Source: Microgenomates bacterium OLB22
GTDB lineage: Bacteria; Patescibacteriota; Microgenomatia; UBA1406; HO2-37-13b
Reading direction: 5' to 3'
DNA length: 64,000 nucleotides
NCBI GenBank assembly: GCA_001567515.1
Contig: LLEV01000005.1
Coordinates: forward strand, 132,484-196,483
The notes under the pieces are model-generated. The model searched no databases and was not told where the DNA came from. It was given only the letters and a program-made list of their open reading frames with translations. The position numbers and the translations under genes are program-made. Below, piece after piece: positions 19,450 through 28,088 of this stretch (within the stretch, counting starts at the first letter, position 1; every line of letters starts with the position of its first letter).

Positions 19450-20214
19450 CTAGTTAAAGAAACTCTGCGAGCCGGTGGCGATTGTTGTCTGCGACGCCCG
19501 GGTGGTTGATTTCGACACGGTGCCCAGAGCCCTGCGAATCTCACTAGCACTAGAGCCTGCATTGAGCACATTGCCAGCAGGAATCCCTATCTTATTTGCA
19601 TAAGTACTGGCATCATAGCCAAAACCTACCAAGGCAATGGTATAGATCTCCTCTCGAAGGAGATCTTCGATAAGTGTTCTTAGATCACTTTCAGAATGGT
19701 ATCGAGAGTCGTTCTCTCCACCATCTGTCATGATAACGACGACTACTTTTGTGATCGTCCCGCCATTTCGTAGACTCGCACCGTATGCTACAGCACCGCT
19801 GATACCATCAAAGACTGCATCATTGAGATTGGTCATACCACCAAGAGCATATGTTGACTGAGACAAGTCAGGGACCTGATCGATAGGGAGGTAAGCATGA
19901 AGCACTTCAGTCCCGCCGTCAGAATCAAATAGAAGCGTCTGCATCATAATCTCGTCCGAGGCCTTACTAGCCTTTAGAGCTGCCAGACCCTCATTGTACG
20001 CATTGATGAGATCGTTACGGTTACCTGACATCGAACCGGTGCGGTCAATCACCCAACAGACAAGAGTAGCATGATCAGAGGGAAGTGCGTCAACCCCAAC
20101 TCCTTGTCCAAGCTGGACATGGTTCATGAGATTAGCAATGATCATCGAAGAGACTTGGGGGATAGCCCCTCGCGGGACAGCTGTGCCTGGACGATCGTGT
20201 TCGACATCTTTCAT
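19450..20214 (-). CDS. von Willebrand factor A (vWA) protein with MIDAS motif, TerY-like
   Basis: ORF 19450..20304 (GTG). ATG at 20214 is a possible start. MIDAS elements DRTGSMSG, GGMTNLNDA, VIMTDGGEND. Confidence 0.8.
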   Translation of the reverse strand: MKDVEHDRPGTAVPRGAIPQVSSMIIANLMNHVQLGQGVGVDALPSDHATLVCWVIDRTGSMSGNRNDLINAYNEGLAALKASKASDEIMMQTLLFDSDGGTEVLHAYLPIDQVPDLSQSTYALGGMTNLNDAVFDGISGAVAYGASLRNGGTITKVVVVIMTDGGENDSRYHSESDLRTLIEDLLREEIYTIALVGFGYDASTYANKIGIPAGNVLNAGSSASEIRRALGTVSKSTTRASQTTIATGSQSFFN

Positions 20215-20412
20215 CTCCTGTTTTTTGCGAGTGTGAAAAGGAAGACTCCTGGCCCCTCTCCGATAGTACGTGGAGGGGGACCAGTGAGTCTTGTGTTGTG
20301 GCACCGCAACTATCTGTATGCTTGATAGCCTACGGTACAGCGAGCAAGATTTGGCATATCCAAATCTTGTGAAGTCCTGAGTCCTGAGCTTGCCGAAGAA
20401 TCGAAGGACGAC

Positions 20413-21327
20413 CTACTTGATCGGGTCAGTCGACTGAACGAGCTGGACCCCCAAGCCCTTCATACGATTGAGCTCTGCCATCGCGATAGCTTCAAAGTCG
20501 ATACCCGGAGCTACCACGCTGCTGGTACAGTCCATGAGGAACCTTACCTTCGAAAGCATCGCCGGATCAGCACCAAAGTGCGCCACAAGCTGCTTCATCG
20601 TCTCGAGCACGCAGTGCGACTTTGCCTCACCAGCAACGTAGATCAAGTCGTTCTTAGCCAGAAGATCGAGCATTGGGACATTCATCCCCGATGCGTTCGG
20701 ATCTTCCGGATCAGGCACCATTGCGCCGAAGATACCAAAGTACTCAGTACGAGGGGTGTTCCCCTTCATAAGCTGGATCGCCTCAGAGCGCCGCCCTGCA
20801 CTATGCCATGCGATGGCTTCAGAGAGAGCAGGCATCAGAGACCAGCCAGGTGTACCGAACTCACAGTGATAGGTCCAGATCATATGAGCACCGAGAATAT
20901 TGACATAGTCCACAGACCATCGAGGATGATACAATGGACGCCACTTACCCTTGAGCACATCATCTGCAGTCATGTAGGTATATGGAGCCGGGTGATTGCC
21001 ATCGCGATCTACCCACCATCCTTCGAAGAAGATATGGTGCGTGCTGTGGGTGTCCATACTATAGAGGATAGTTGTGATGTCATCGCCATTATTGTAGATG
21101 AACTTGATGAGACGATCGACGTCCGCCTGAGATCCAGGGACCGGGAGATTTCCCGTCGGATGACAGAAATCCCACTGGTTATCCACGATGACGAGGGCCA
21201 CCTTGCGACTGGACTTATGAGCCGGAGAAAGTCCTGCGTTACGTCCGGCCTCAATGAACTCCCCAATACGCGGAGTATACATGTCAGCAAACGCATCGGA
21301 CGACTTGTAGAGAGCAGGGGTAGTCAT
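20413..21327 (-). CDS. isochorismatase-superfamily amidohydrolase, PncA-type nicotinamidase homologue with ~50-aa insertion
   Basis: ORF 20413..21375. ATG at 21327 is preceded by AAGGAG plus 6 nt. It aligns by eye to PncA: ALVIVDNQWDFCHPTGNLPVPG, DTHSTHH, WTYHC, MKGN, VAGEAKSHCV (Asp/Lys/Cys triad plus Asp/His/His metal site). Confidence 0.75.
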   Translation of the reverse strand: MTTPALYKSSDAFADMYTPRIGEFIEAGRNAGLSPAHKSSRKVALVIVDNQWDFCHPTGNLPVPGSQADVDRLIKFIYNNGDDITTILYSMDTHSTHHIFFEGWWVDRDGNHPAPYTYMTADDVLKGKWRPLYHPRWSVDYVNILGAHMIWTYHCEFGTPGWSLMPALSEAIAWHSAGRRSEAIQLMKGNTPRTEYFGIFGAMVPDPEDPNASGMNVPMLDLLAKNDLIYVAGEAKSHCVLETMKQLVAHFGADPAMLSKVRFLMDCTSSVVAPGIDFEAIAMAELNRMKGLGVQLVQSTDPIK

Positions 21328-21378
21328 GGTTTTTCTCCTTGTGACTGTCTTTTCCTCACGCCCCATTGGGCACAAGGT

Positions 21379-24030
21379 TTAGAGCTGACCGAGTTCGACA
21401 TAGCCGAGTCTGTTGCCGGACGTGATGATCAGACCTTTGCCCCAGAGCATCAGGCTGTCGCCTTCGTGTACGAGACCTTTAGTCTTTTCAAACGTCTTAC
21501 GGCTTCCAGTCTCGATCCGATCTTGGACAACACCACCATCAGTTGCATGTAGCAAGATACCACCTTGGTAGACCTGCCCATGTAACTCATCTACGACTTG
21601 ATCCGTCATCGGCTGCCATGGCGATGAATACGCCACAACACCCTTTGAGCTGACCAGATCATAGCGAATGCCCGAGATACCATTTCGCTCAATCTTCCTC
21701 CGCACTAGCACTCCATGTCGATCAAACTTTACGGACAAATCAACAAATACTTCCGTATCATCCATCTGCCCGAGGGGCAGATTGTCATACGTCGATCCCT
21801 CCCAGGACAACCACCAGATTTGACTGGAGGGCATCTGGAAAAAACCGACGAGACGCGGATCAGCGGAGCTAGGATCAGCGGTAAACCAGGTATGTTCTTC
21901 CATCACCTGGCGCACCATCGTTTCCAAATAATGCTGCCCTCGGTACTCTCCACGGAGGAGTCTACCTGCCGAGATACGATACAACGTGCTAGCATCAGTG
22001 CGAAACATCAGACGACGAGTGATGGCGAAACGTGACGTTGTGACGTCAGTGGACCACTTTCGCGTCCTCAGATTATAAAGACGTAGAGTAGTATCAGCAT
22101 CTTGGCTGACAACAAGAGTATGTTCAAAAAGTCCATACGTGACCTTCGGTGGGATAGGGAATAACTCTTGCCTTTGCAGGGGACCCTGGAGAGGGTCTCC
22201 TGTATATAGCACGGTCACTCCTCGTTCATGAGTCAGTACGTAGAGCTGTCCGCCCATGATCCGCACCAAGACGATGTCACCAGTGCTCGTGAGAATATCA
22301 CGAAAGGTGATGTCCTTCTTGAGGACGGTATGAGTGACTATCTGCTGACGTACTTGACAGACAGGGCACAGAGCCCTACTGTCCGGGACCCACGATCCAC
22401 ACTGCTTGCATTCACGCAGATGATCAGAATAGGTACGCAGCGTATCGATAGGAAAGACTTTCCGTATACCCTTTGTAAAAAACTGATCAAACACGTCCAG
22501 CATAGCAGTATCCAGCACCTCTGGCTTCATCGCAAATGCGGGAACTGTCACGCCACTGTCAAGGATGGTCACCTTGCGCAGTGCGCGGTCAGTGAGCTTC
22601 ATCAACTGTGGGTGCGTCCCACCATAAGGGTGAACGAGAAGCAAACTCCGATAGAGGAGAACTGCAAACGCGTACCAATCGTGCACTGGTAGAAATGATG
22701 GCTTTGCCTCAAGATTCATGTTATAGAGATCCGGGCATAGGTACATTTCAGTCGCGACAGGGCATGGATGCGATCCAAACTGCCAGCTGTCGACATCAAT
22801 GAACAGCATTTCCTTTCCACGAAACAACACATTGCGCTCATTTAAGTCACCAACAACCAAACCAGATGAATGGACGGGCTGTAAGACCTTTCCACCATCA
22901 AGAAAAACAGTCGTGACTTCTTTATTTGTCACACCATGCGTAGTCCGATACTTGCGATTAGCAAATGCTGCAACTTCCTCAAAACCACTTCCCAGATAGG
23001 GCATCGTGAGACCGATTATCTTTCTCCCCCCACTGTCATAGACAGCCTCAAGAGGAAGAGCGATGCGATCTGTCGGAAGCGCCCATCTGTGACTTAAGAA
23101 ATCACGAACCTTGGAACTCCGCTCTGCCGTAGGCTTGTGATACACCTTTACGGCGACATCACCCCTAGGCAATCTCAACCGATACACTGAGCCTTCACCG
23201 CCACTCCCAATGAGAGCACTGTCAGCTAGTGTATAAGCTATACCTCCGATAGTCACTCTCTTCATGAGTGCTCCTGTCCCCCGAGATCCTCCCAGGTGAT
23301 TATCGAAACGTCGTCTGAAAAAACGACGATTATTGTTTGACTGCGCATTGAGGAACCGCTGAAGTCCAGCGACATGCTCATGTCCCCAGATATCTGTAAG
23401 TAGTGATTGTTCATGATGCCAAGCATCTGTCCCGATAGCTACCTGTCCAACAGCGAACGTAGCACGATCGATGAGAAGCACTTCAAATCCTTGAGGTAGG
23501 TCCTCGGTCAACGTCAAGTAGCTCTTTTCGATACAATGATAGGCAGGATAGGGGGGCGTGTTGTTGTAGTCTAAGATGCGTACATCCTTGCCGATTACGA
23601 TAACCCCATCCCCGATGCTAAAGAACAAGATTGTGCGCTCGGTTACGATCATCCCTACGACTGTGAAGAGAAAATAGTTTGCGATCAGTTGAGCTTTAGA
23701 GGGTCCATCAAGCTGGTATTCGTCGATAGTTCGCCGAAGCCACCCGATAAGCTGTTCCCATAGGAGCACGGGGATCAGTGAAATCTCGGTATCTCTCTCA
23801 AGTAGTTGCCTGACAGCTTGCACCACGTAAGGCGCAGCAGCTCGTGCTCCCACTTCAGAGTATCTGCCTGAGTTCTTATCACCTCCCGAACATCCATCAC
23901 ATAATACGCCTATCATAACCTCCTCACTTTTGATCAGACCATGTAAGACAGCTAGGCCGTCCTGGCAGTTTCGATTGTAAAGGAGGTGATCTCGTCCAAC
24001 ATGCTGTCCTGTGCGAATCCGCCAGGGCAT
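21379..24030 (-). CDS. fused PP2C-type phosphatase / Ser-Thr protein kinase / zinc ribbon / C-terminal beta-rich module (883 aa)
   Basis: aa 1-235 are PP2C_2-like (GQHVGRDHLLYNRNCQDG, CDGCSGG, GDG, GTDA). aa ~258-470 are the kinase core (IGSGGEGSVY, VAVK, GDLNERN, IDVD). CxxC-x10-CxxC at aa 541-558 (nt 22357..22410). aa 565-883 are beta-rich. Confidence 0.85.
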   Translation of the reverse strand: MPWRIRTGQHVGRDHLLYNRNCQDGLAVLHGLIKSEEVMIGVLCDGCSGGDKNSGRYSEVGARAAAPYVVQAVRQLLERDTEISLIPVLLWEQLIGWLRRTIDEYQLDGPSKAQLIANYFLFTVVGMIVTERTILFFSIGDGVIVIGKDVRILDYNNTPPYPAYHCIEKSYLTLTEDLPQGFEVLLIDRATFAVGQVAIGTDAWHHEQSLLTDIWGHEHVAGLQRFLNAQSNNNRRFFRRRFDNHLGGSRGTGALMKRVTIGGIAYTLADSALIGSGGEGSVYRLRLPRGDVAVKVYHKPTAERSSKVRDFLSHRWALPTDRIALPLEAVYDSGGRKIIGLTMPYLGSGFEEVAAFANRKYRTTHGVTNKEVTTVFLDGGKVLQPVHSSGLVVGDLNERNVLFRGKEMLFIDVDSWQFGSHPCPVATEMYLCPDLYNMNLEAKPSFLPVHDWYAFAVLLYRSLLLVHPYGGTHPQLMKLTDRALRKVTILDSGVTVPAFAMKPEVLDTAMLDVFDQFFTKGIRKVFPIDTLRTYSDHLRECKQCGSWVPDSRALCPVCQVRQQIVTHTVLKKDITFRDILTSTGDIVLVRIMGGQLYVLTHERGVTVLYTGDPLQGPLQRQELFPIPPKVTYGLFEHTLVVSQDADTTLRLYNLRTRKWSTDVTTSRFAITRRLMFRTDASTLYRISAGRLLRGEYRGQHYLETMVRQVMEEHTWFTADPSSADPRLVGFFQMPSSQIWWLSWEGSTYDNLPLGQMDDTEVFVDLSVKFDRHGVLVRRKIERNGISGIRYDLVSSKGVVAYSSPWQPMTDQVVDELHGQVYQGGILLHATDGGVVQDRIETGSRKTFEKTKGLVHEGDSLMLWGKGLIITSGNRLGYVELGQL

Positions 24031-24145
24031 CTCGTTACTCCTTTTGGTCTTTCGGCTACAAGAGATGAAATTTATGAAACCTATAATCTGATTGTCAACG
24101 AACCTTACTTAATGTTATATACACACTAAGTAACGATGATGCCAT

Positions 24146-24174
24146 AGTATAACTCATAAAACAGCACTTGTCAA
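24146..24174 (-). promoter_or_regulatory. sigma70-type promoter of the kinase operon (TTGACA-17-TATACT)
   Basis: Minus strand: -35 TTGACA = plus 24169..24174; -10 TATACT = plus 24146..24151; 17-nt spacer. Confidence 0.6.
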
Positions 24175-24195
24175 TAGTGTAATTATGACACTATT
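24173..24195. promoter_or_regulatory. perfect 8-7-8 palindrome, candidate NrtR operator
   Basis: AATAGTGT-AATTATG-ACACTATT. It contains a GT-N7-AC core, overlaps the -35 box, and abuts the corrected nrtR stop (24196..24198). Confidence 0.55.
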
Positions 24196-24862
24196 TTAGA
24201 GGACCTCGAGAAATTGGGGAGATCGAGAAGTAAATCTATAGAGCTTTGGAGGGCGATGTTGCTTACCCTCTCTTCGTTTGCCAGTATCTGTGACGAGTTT
24301 TTGCAGGAGTATTTTTTTTTATAAAGTTGCGCTTATCAAGCTTCCTGTCAAGAACAGACTCATAGCATGTGAGCAGTTCCGCTAGTGTGAATTCTTTGGG
24401 TAGCAATCCATACGCGATATTGGTATAGGATAGCTTCCCTTTCAAGCGCTCAACCGCATACGCGATAATTTTCTCGTGATCATACGCCATCTTGGGCAAG
24501 GCGTCCACAAAGAACCACTTGGCAGTGGGGGCTATCCTGTCAGCCTCTGTCTCAGGGATAAGGGCCATATAGGCTATGGCAACCACTCTACCGCGTGGAT
24601 CTCTATCAATGGCGCTGAAGGTATGGAGCTGTTCGCTATAGGCAACTGACTTGATACCACCCTTTACCGATAGATGTCGTACCACAGCATCTTCCGCTGT
24701 CTCATCTGGAGCAATCAGGCCACCTGGAAGACCACGACAATCTAGAAAATGCGGAGGGATAGTAACTGGGATACAAAGCACGTGAAGACGCCCCTCCCTA
24801 AAGGTAAATAACACGGTATCAACTGCTACGATAGCAAATTGAAGTGTCTTGGGGTCTGCCAT
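24196..24862 (-). pseudogene. nrtR: NrtR-like Nudix-related transcriptional regulator (degenerate Nudix + C-terminal wHTH), frameshift in T9 run
   Basis: ORF 24263..24886 (TTG). ATG at 24862 (MADPKTLQF). The Nudix box is degenerate (RHLSVKGG). After T9 24312..24320 the alternative frame reads KKILLQKLVTDTGKRREGKQHRPPKLYRF..., typical of an NrtR C-terminus. Confidence 0.7.
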
Positions 24863-24942
24863 ATACTGTCTATTATACAAGAACAATTCTAAGACTACAA
24901 AGAAAGATTGTAAGATCCAAGCAAGAAAAGTATACTACGTTC

Positions 24943-25653
24943 ATGGATAATACAAATCAAACAGCCAATGACATCCATCATCTAGCAGAAAAGGCCCGTG
25001 AAGAGAAGCGTTTTGTTGAGGCCCTGGTGCTTTCAGATGAGGCGCTCATCAAATACGTAGAGGAAGGAAACGTGGTAGGATCTGCAGAAATACAAGCCTC
25101 TAGATCAATTACCTTTAGACTACTTTCCCAAGAAACCGAAAATTTCGTGTATCTAATATTGGCAAAGTTTGCGGCGATGGCCAGCGTGGAGATATCTCGA
25201 GGACTTGCGGATAAGAGTGCTCTTGCCCTACCGCTCCTAAATCTTGGTAAGGTCCAAGTAGCTCTAAAACAATTGACTGATGCCGTAAGTTCCTTTGAAG
25301 AAGTAGTCGAGATCATGAAGAACACTCCCCCAGCTTGGCATAATCGCCCAGGTGTTTTAGCTGATATAGAGATCCATCTCCACGGAGCAGAACTACAAGC
25401 AGGGGATCTTTCTGCTAAGGAAAGACTACTTAGTGCAATCAGGGACTTAGAATCATCTGACGAGGATGGCTATAACAAAGCAGTCTGGGTCTCTGGTGGC
25501 TACATGCGCCTAGCCGAAGGGCTTGCCCCCTCTGATCCTACTGCAGCAAAAGAGTATCTACAAAAGGCTAAAGAAGTCATTGATGGGGATCGGCGTCTCG
25601 TGATCAGGAAACAGCAATGGACTAAACTCTCTAACGCCCTACACCTTAGCTAA
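24943..25653 (+). CDS. alpha-helical repeat (TPR-like) protein, unknown function
   Basis: ORF 24844..25653. ATG at 24943 lies 6 nt after TATACT (24931..24936), which pairs with TTGTAA (24908..24913) over a 17-nt spacer. Confidence 0.55.
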   Translation: MDNTNQTANDIHHLAEKAREEKRFVEALVLSDEALIKYVEEGNVVGSAEIQASRSITFRLLSQETENFVYLILAKFAAMASVEISRGLADKSALALPLLNLGKVQVALKQLTDAVSSFEEVVEIMKNTPPAWHNRPGVLADIEIHLHGAELQAGDLSAKERLLSAIRDLESSDEDGYNKAVWVSGGYMRLAEGLAPSDPTAAKEYLQKAKEVIDGDRRLVIRKQQWTKLSNALHLS

Positions 25654-25705
25654 ATCATAAGTCGTTTCTGCTCTCTTCTTACTTTCATCTTCTCTTGCTT
25701 AGCAA

Positions 25706-26809
25706 TTACTTTCTCTTAGGAGTCGTCTGTTTCATGATCCTGCTCATAAACGGTATTGGATCCTCACCGCCAGTCCCCTGCTTTATACCTGGGAGGTGAT
25801 GGATGACCGCAGCCATATGATGTGACCGAAAGACCTGTTTGGCCTTCTGAAGAGCCAAAATTGCCGATCGCAGACTATCCGCACATGCCTCATTGTCGGC
25901 TATATCATAGAGAGATAATCCCTCATTAGCAATTTGCCGCCCTAAAGCAAGATCAGTCTGTCCCTGTACGGGGAAATAAGGAGTCATTTTGTCTAAATGC
26001 CCTAAATAAGCAGGATCAAGGCTCCTTCCTAAAATCAAGAGGTCAAGAGTAGGTATTCGATGGCTATCTTTACCACTGGCTCCATCTACCTTTACATCTC
26101 CATTTGCATCTGGTTTGAGCAGAGGAAACTCATCCGCAAACTTTTTATCCAGTGTCACTGAAGATAAACATAATCTAAATATGTTGAAATCTTCAGTAGC
26201 CATGCCTTTGTGTAGCTGCCCCATATACCCTATGACTCCATCAAACTCAGCTATGGCATCACGTACAAGTTGCTCTGCAACAGACTGATCAAAATTACTC
26301 CTACAAAGCTCGATCGCTGCAACTACATCGTCGATTGCTGATGCTAAATGCCGCTCAATATACTTGTGACCTAGATAGAAATCAGCTTCCGTTCCACCTA
26401 CTGCTCCTTCAAATAGTGTTCTTAGATCATTTTCAGGATTATCTAGAACACAATCCTCATAACGCATTCCCGGGAGTCTACCGGTAAGTTTTGCTGCCCT
26501 GACTGTAAGTGCATTTAATAGGCCATTATCAGTAATACCAAGAAAATATGCAGCATTGAAGGCAAATTGGATATCGACTCGTGCTAGAGACTGGTTATCC
26601 AGTCCTCGCCAGGAAGGGTCTTCGGCGTCGAGAAGGGGGGCCAATTCTGGTAGACGCTCTTCCAGTGCTTTTGCAAGACCTGCCTGATCACCAGCAGTAA
26701 CTAGCCTAGGAAGTTCGGCTACCACAAAATCACTAAATCGTCCGAGTGGGCGTTCGGGACGAGTATGAAGCACATCCCGATTTTCGTATGGTTTAAATAA
26801 TTCTTTCAT
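25706..26809 (-). CDS. divergent tryptophan 2,3-dioxygenase-superfamily (heme) protein
   Basis: The C-terminal FRSHHMAAVIHHLPGIKQGTGGEDPIPFM matches the TDO signature W/FRxRH...V....G.K.GTGGSSG (proximal His region). The N-terminal distal-His motif was not recognised. Confidence 0.5.
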   Translation of the reverse strand: MKELFKPYENRDVLHTRPERPLGRFSDFVVAELPRLVTAGDQAGLAKALEERLPELAPLLDAEDPSWRGLDNQSLARVDIQFAFNAAYFLGITDNGLLNALTVRAAKLTGRLPGMRYEDCVLDNPENDLRTLFEGAVGGTEADFYLGHKYIERHLASAIDDVVAAIELCRSNFDQSVAEQLVRDAIAEFDGVIGYMGQLHKGMATEDFNIFRLCLSSVTLDKKFADEFPLLKPDANGDVKVDGASGKDSHRIPTLDLLILGRSLDPAYLGHLDKMTPYFPVQGQTDLALGRQIANEGLSLYDIADNEACADSLRSAILALQKAKQVFRSHHMAAVIHHLPGIKQGTGGEDPIPFMSRIMKQTTPKRK

Positions 26810-27036
26810 AAGAGAAATTTGAATATCTAACCTCGACTTAGTTAGTATACCAGAAATCTAAAAAACAACTGCTATTACTATATCTGCTAACAACGAGGGT
26901 ATACACGTCTACCTCGGGAGTGGCGACGCTCGACCACTCCCGAGATGGAAAGACATAGCATATGCTATAATAGGCTACATAGCACATTTACAGGCTATAC
27001 CAATACGGTAACCAGAGCCATCAAAAGGAGAGCTCT

Positions 27037-28074
27037 ATGGGCAAGCAAGTTGTGTTGACCGGAATGAGGACGACCGGGGCATTGCACCTCGGTCACTATG
27101 TCGGGGCACTCAAGCAGTGGCTTGAGATCCAGCAAACTGGTCAATATGAATGCTATTTTCTCTTGGCCGACATCCAAGCTTTGACAACCCATGCGGACAA
27201 TCCAAGTGCACTTCGTCAATCTGTCAAGGATGTCACTCTTGACTGGCTCGCTGTTGGGCTCGATCCTCGGCTGAAGAATGTTCACTTTGTCTTGCAGTCA
27301 CAGGTCCCCGAGCGAGCTGAGCTGTCAATTCTGCTGGATATGATCGCGACCAATGCCGAGGTCCTAGATAATCCTACATTGAAGGCTGAACTCCAGGATC
27401 TCCAGGTTCGCAAAACTGCATCTTCGGGCTTCATGAGATATCCTGTTGACCAGGTCGCAGATATCCATATGGTTGACCCGATGGAGGCAGGAAGTACTCT
27501 GCTGGTCCCCGTTGGAGCTGACCAGGAGTCACATCTTGAGTTGGCTCGTGATATCGCCAGGCGTTTCAACCGTGTATATAGCCCTACTAAGGCTGTCCTT
27601 ACGCCCTGTCGTACCCTAGTGGGTGACATTGGACGTCTTGTCGGCACCGATGGTGACGCCAAGATGTCTAAGTCCAAGGGTAACACCATCGATCTGCGCG
27701 ATGATGCTGATACTGTTGCGCGCAAGATCAAGGGGATGGCTGCAGGACCCAATAGAGGTGCTAATGAGCCCGGAAAGCCGGATGAAAATCCGGTATTCAT
27801 CTATCTGCGAGCCTTCGATCCTGATCAGATTGGCTTGGCAGATCTTGAACAGCAGTACCGAGAAAGAGGGGTACCGAACTCAGCCCTCAAGGGACGGTTG
27901 ACGACTGTATTGAATGATTTCCTCGACCCTAGCCGCGCGCGGCGTAGGGAATTGGCCGGCACGGATATTAGCCAGATCTTGGTGGATGGGTCCGATGCTG
28001 CACGTGAAGCGTGCACCCCTGTCATTACCACCGTTAAGGAAGCGATGGCCGTTTCGCTTCCATACAAGTTCTAG
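27037..28074 (+). CDS. trpS: tryptophan--tRNA ligase
   Basis: 345 aa. HIGH-type TGALHLGH, KMSKS present, bacterial TrpRS-like throughout. SD AAAAGGAG. TGcTATAAT at 26963..26971. Confidence 0.85.
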   Translation: MGKQVVLTGMRTTGALHLGHYVGALKQWLEIQQTGQYECYFLLADIQALTTHADNPSALRQSVKDVTLDWLAVGLDPRLKNVHFVLQSQVPERAELSILLDMIATNAEVLDNPTLKAELQDLQVRKTASSGFMRYPVDQVADIHMVDPMEAGSTLLVPVGADQESHLELARDIARRFNRVYSPTKAVLTPCRTLVGDIGRLVGTDGDAKMSKSKGNTIDLRDDADTVARKIKGMAAGPNRGANEPGKPDENPVFIYLRAFDPDQIGLADLEQQYRERGVPNSALKGRLTTVLNDFLDPSRARRRELAGTDISQILVDGSDAAREACTPVITTVKEAMAVSLPYKF

Positions 28075-28088
28075 CCGCGTTTGACGCA

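Noticed and set aside
26913-26944. Perfect 11-bp-stem hairpin CTCGGGAGTGG-N10-CCACTCCCGAG between the TDO-like gene and trpS, considered as a terminator or operator.
   Set aside because: There is no U-tract on either strand. It lies upstream of both divergent promoters. There is no second copy in the window to support a protein-binding motif. Noted only.
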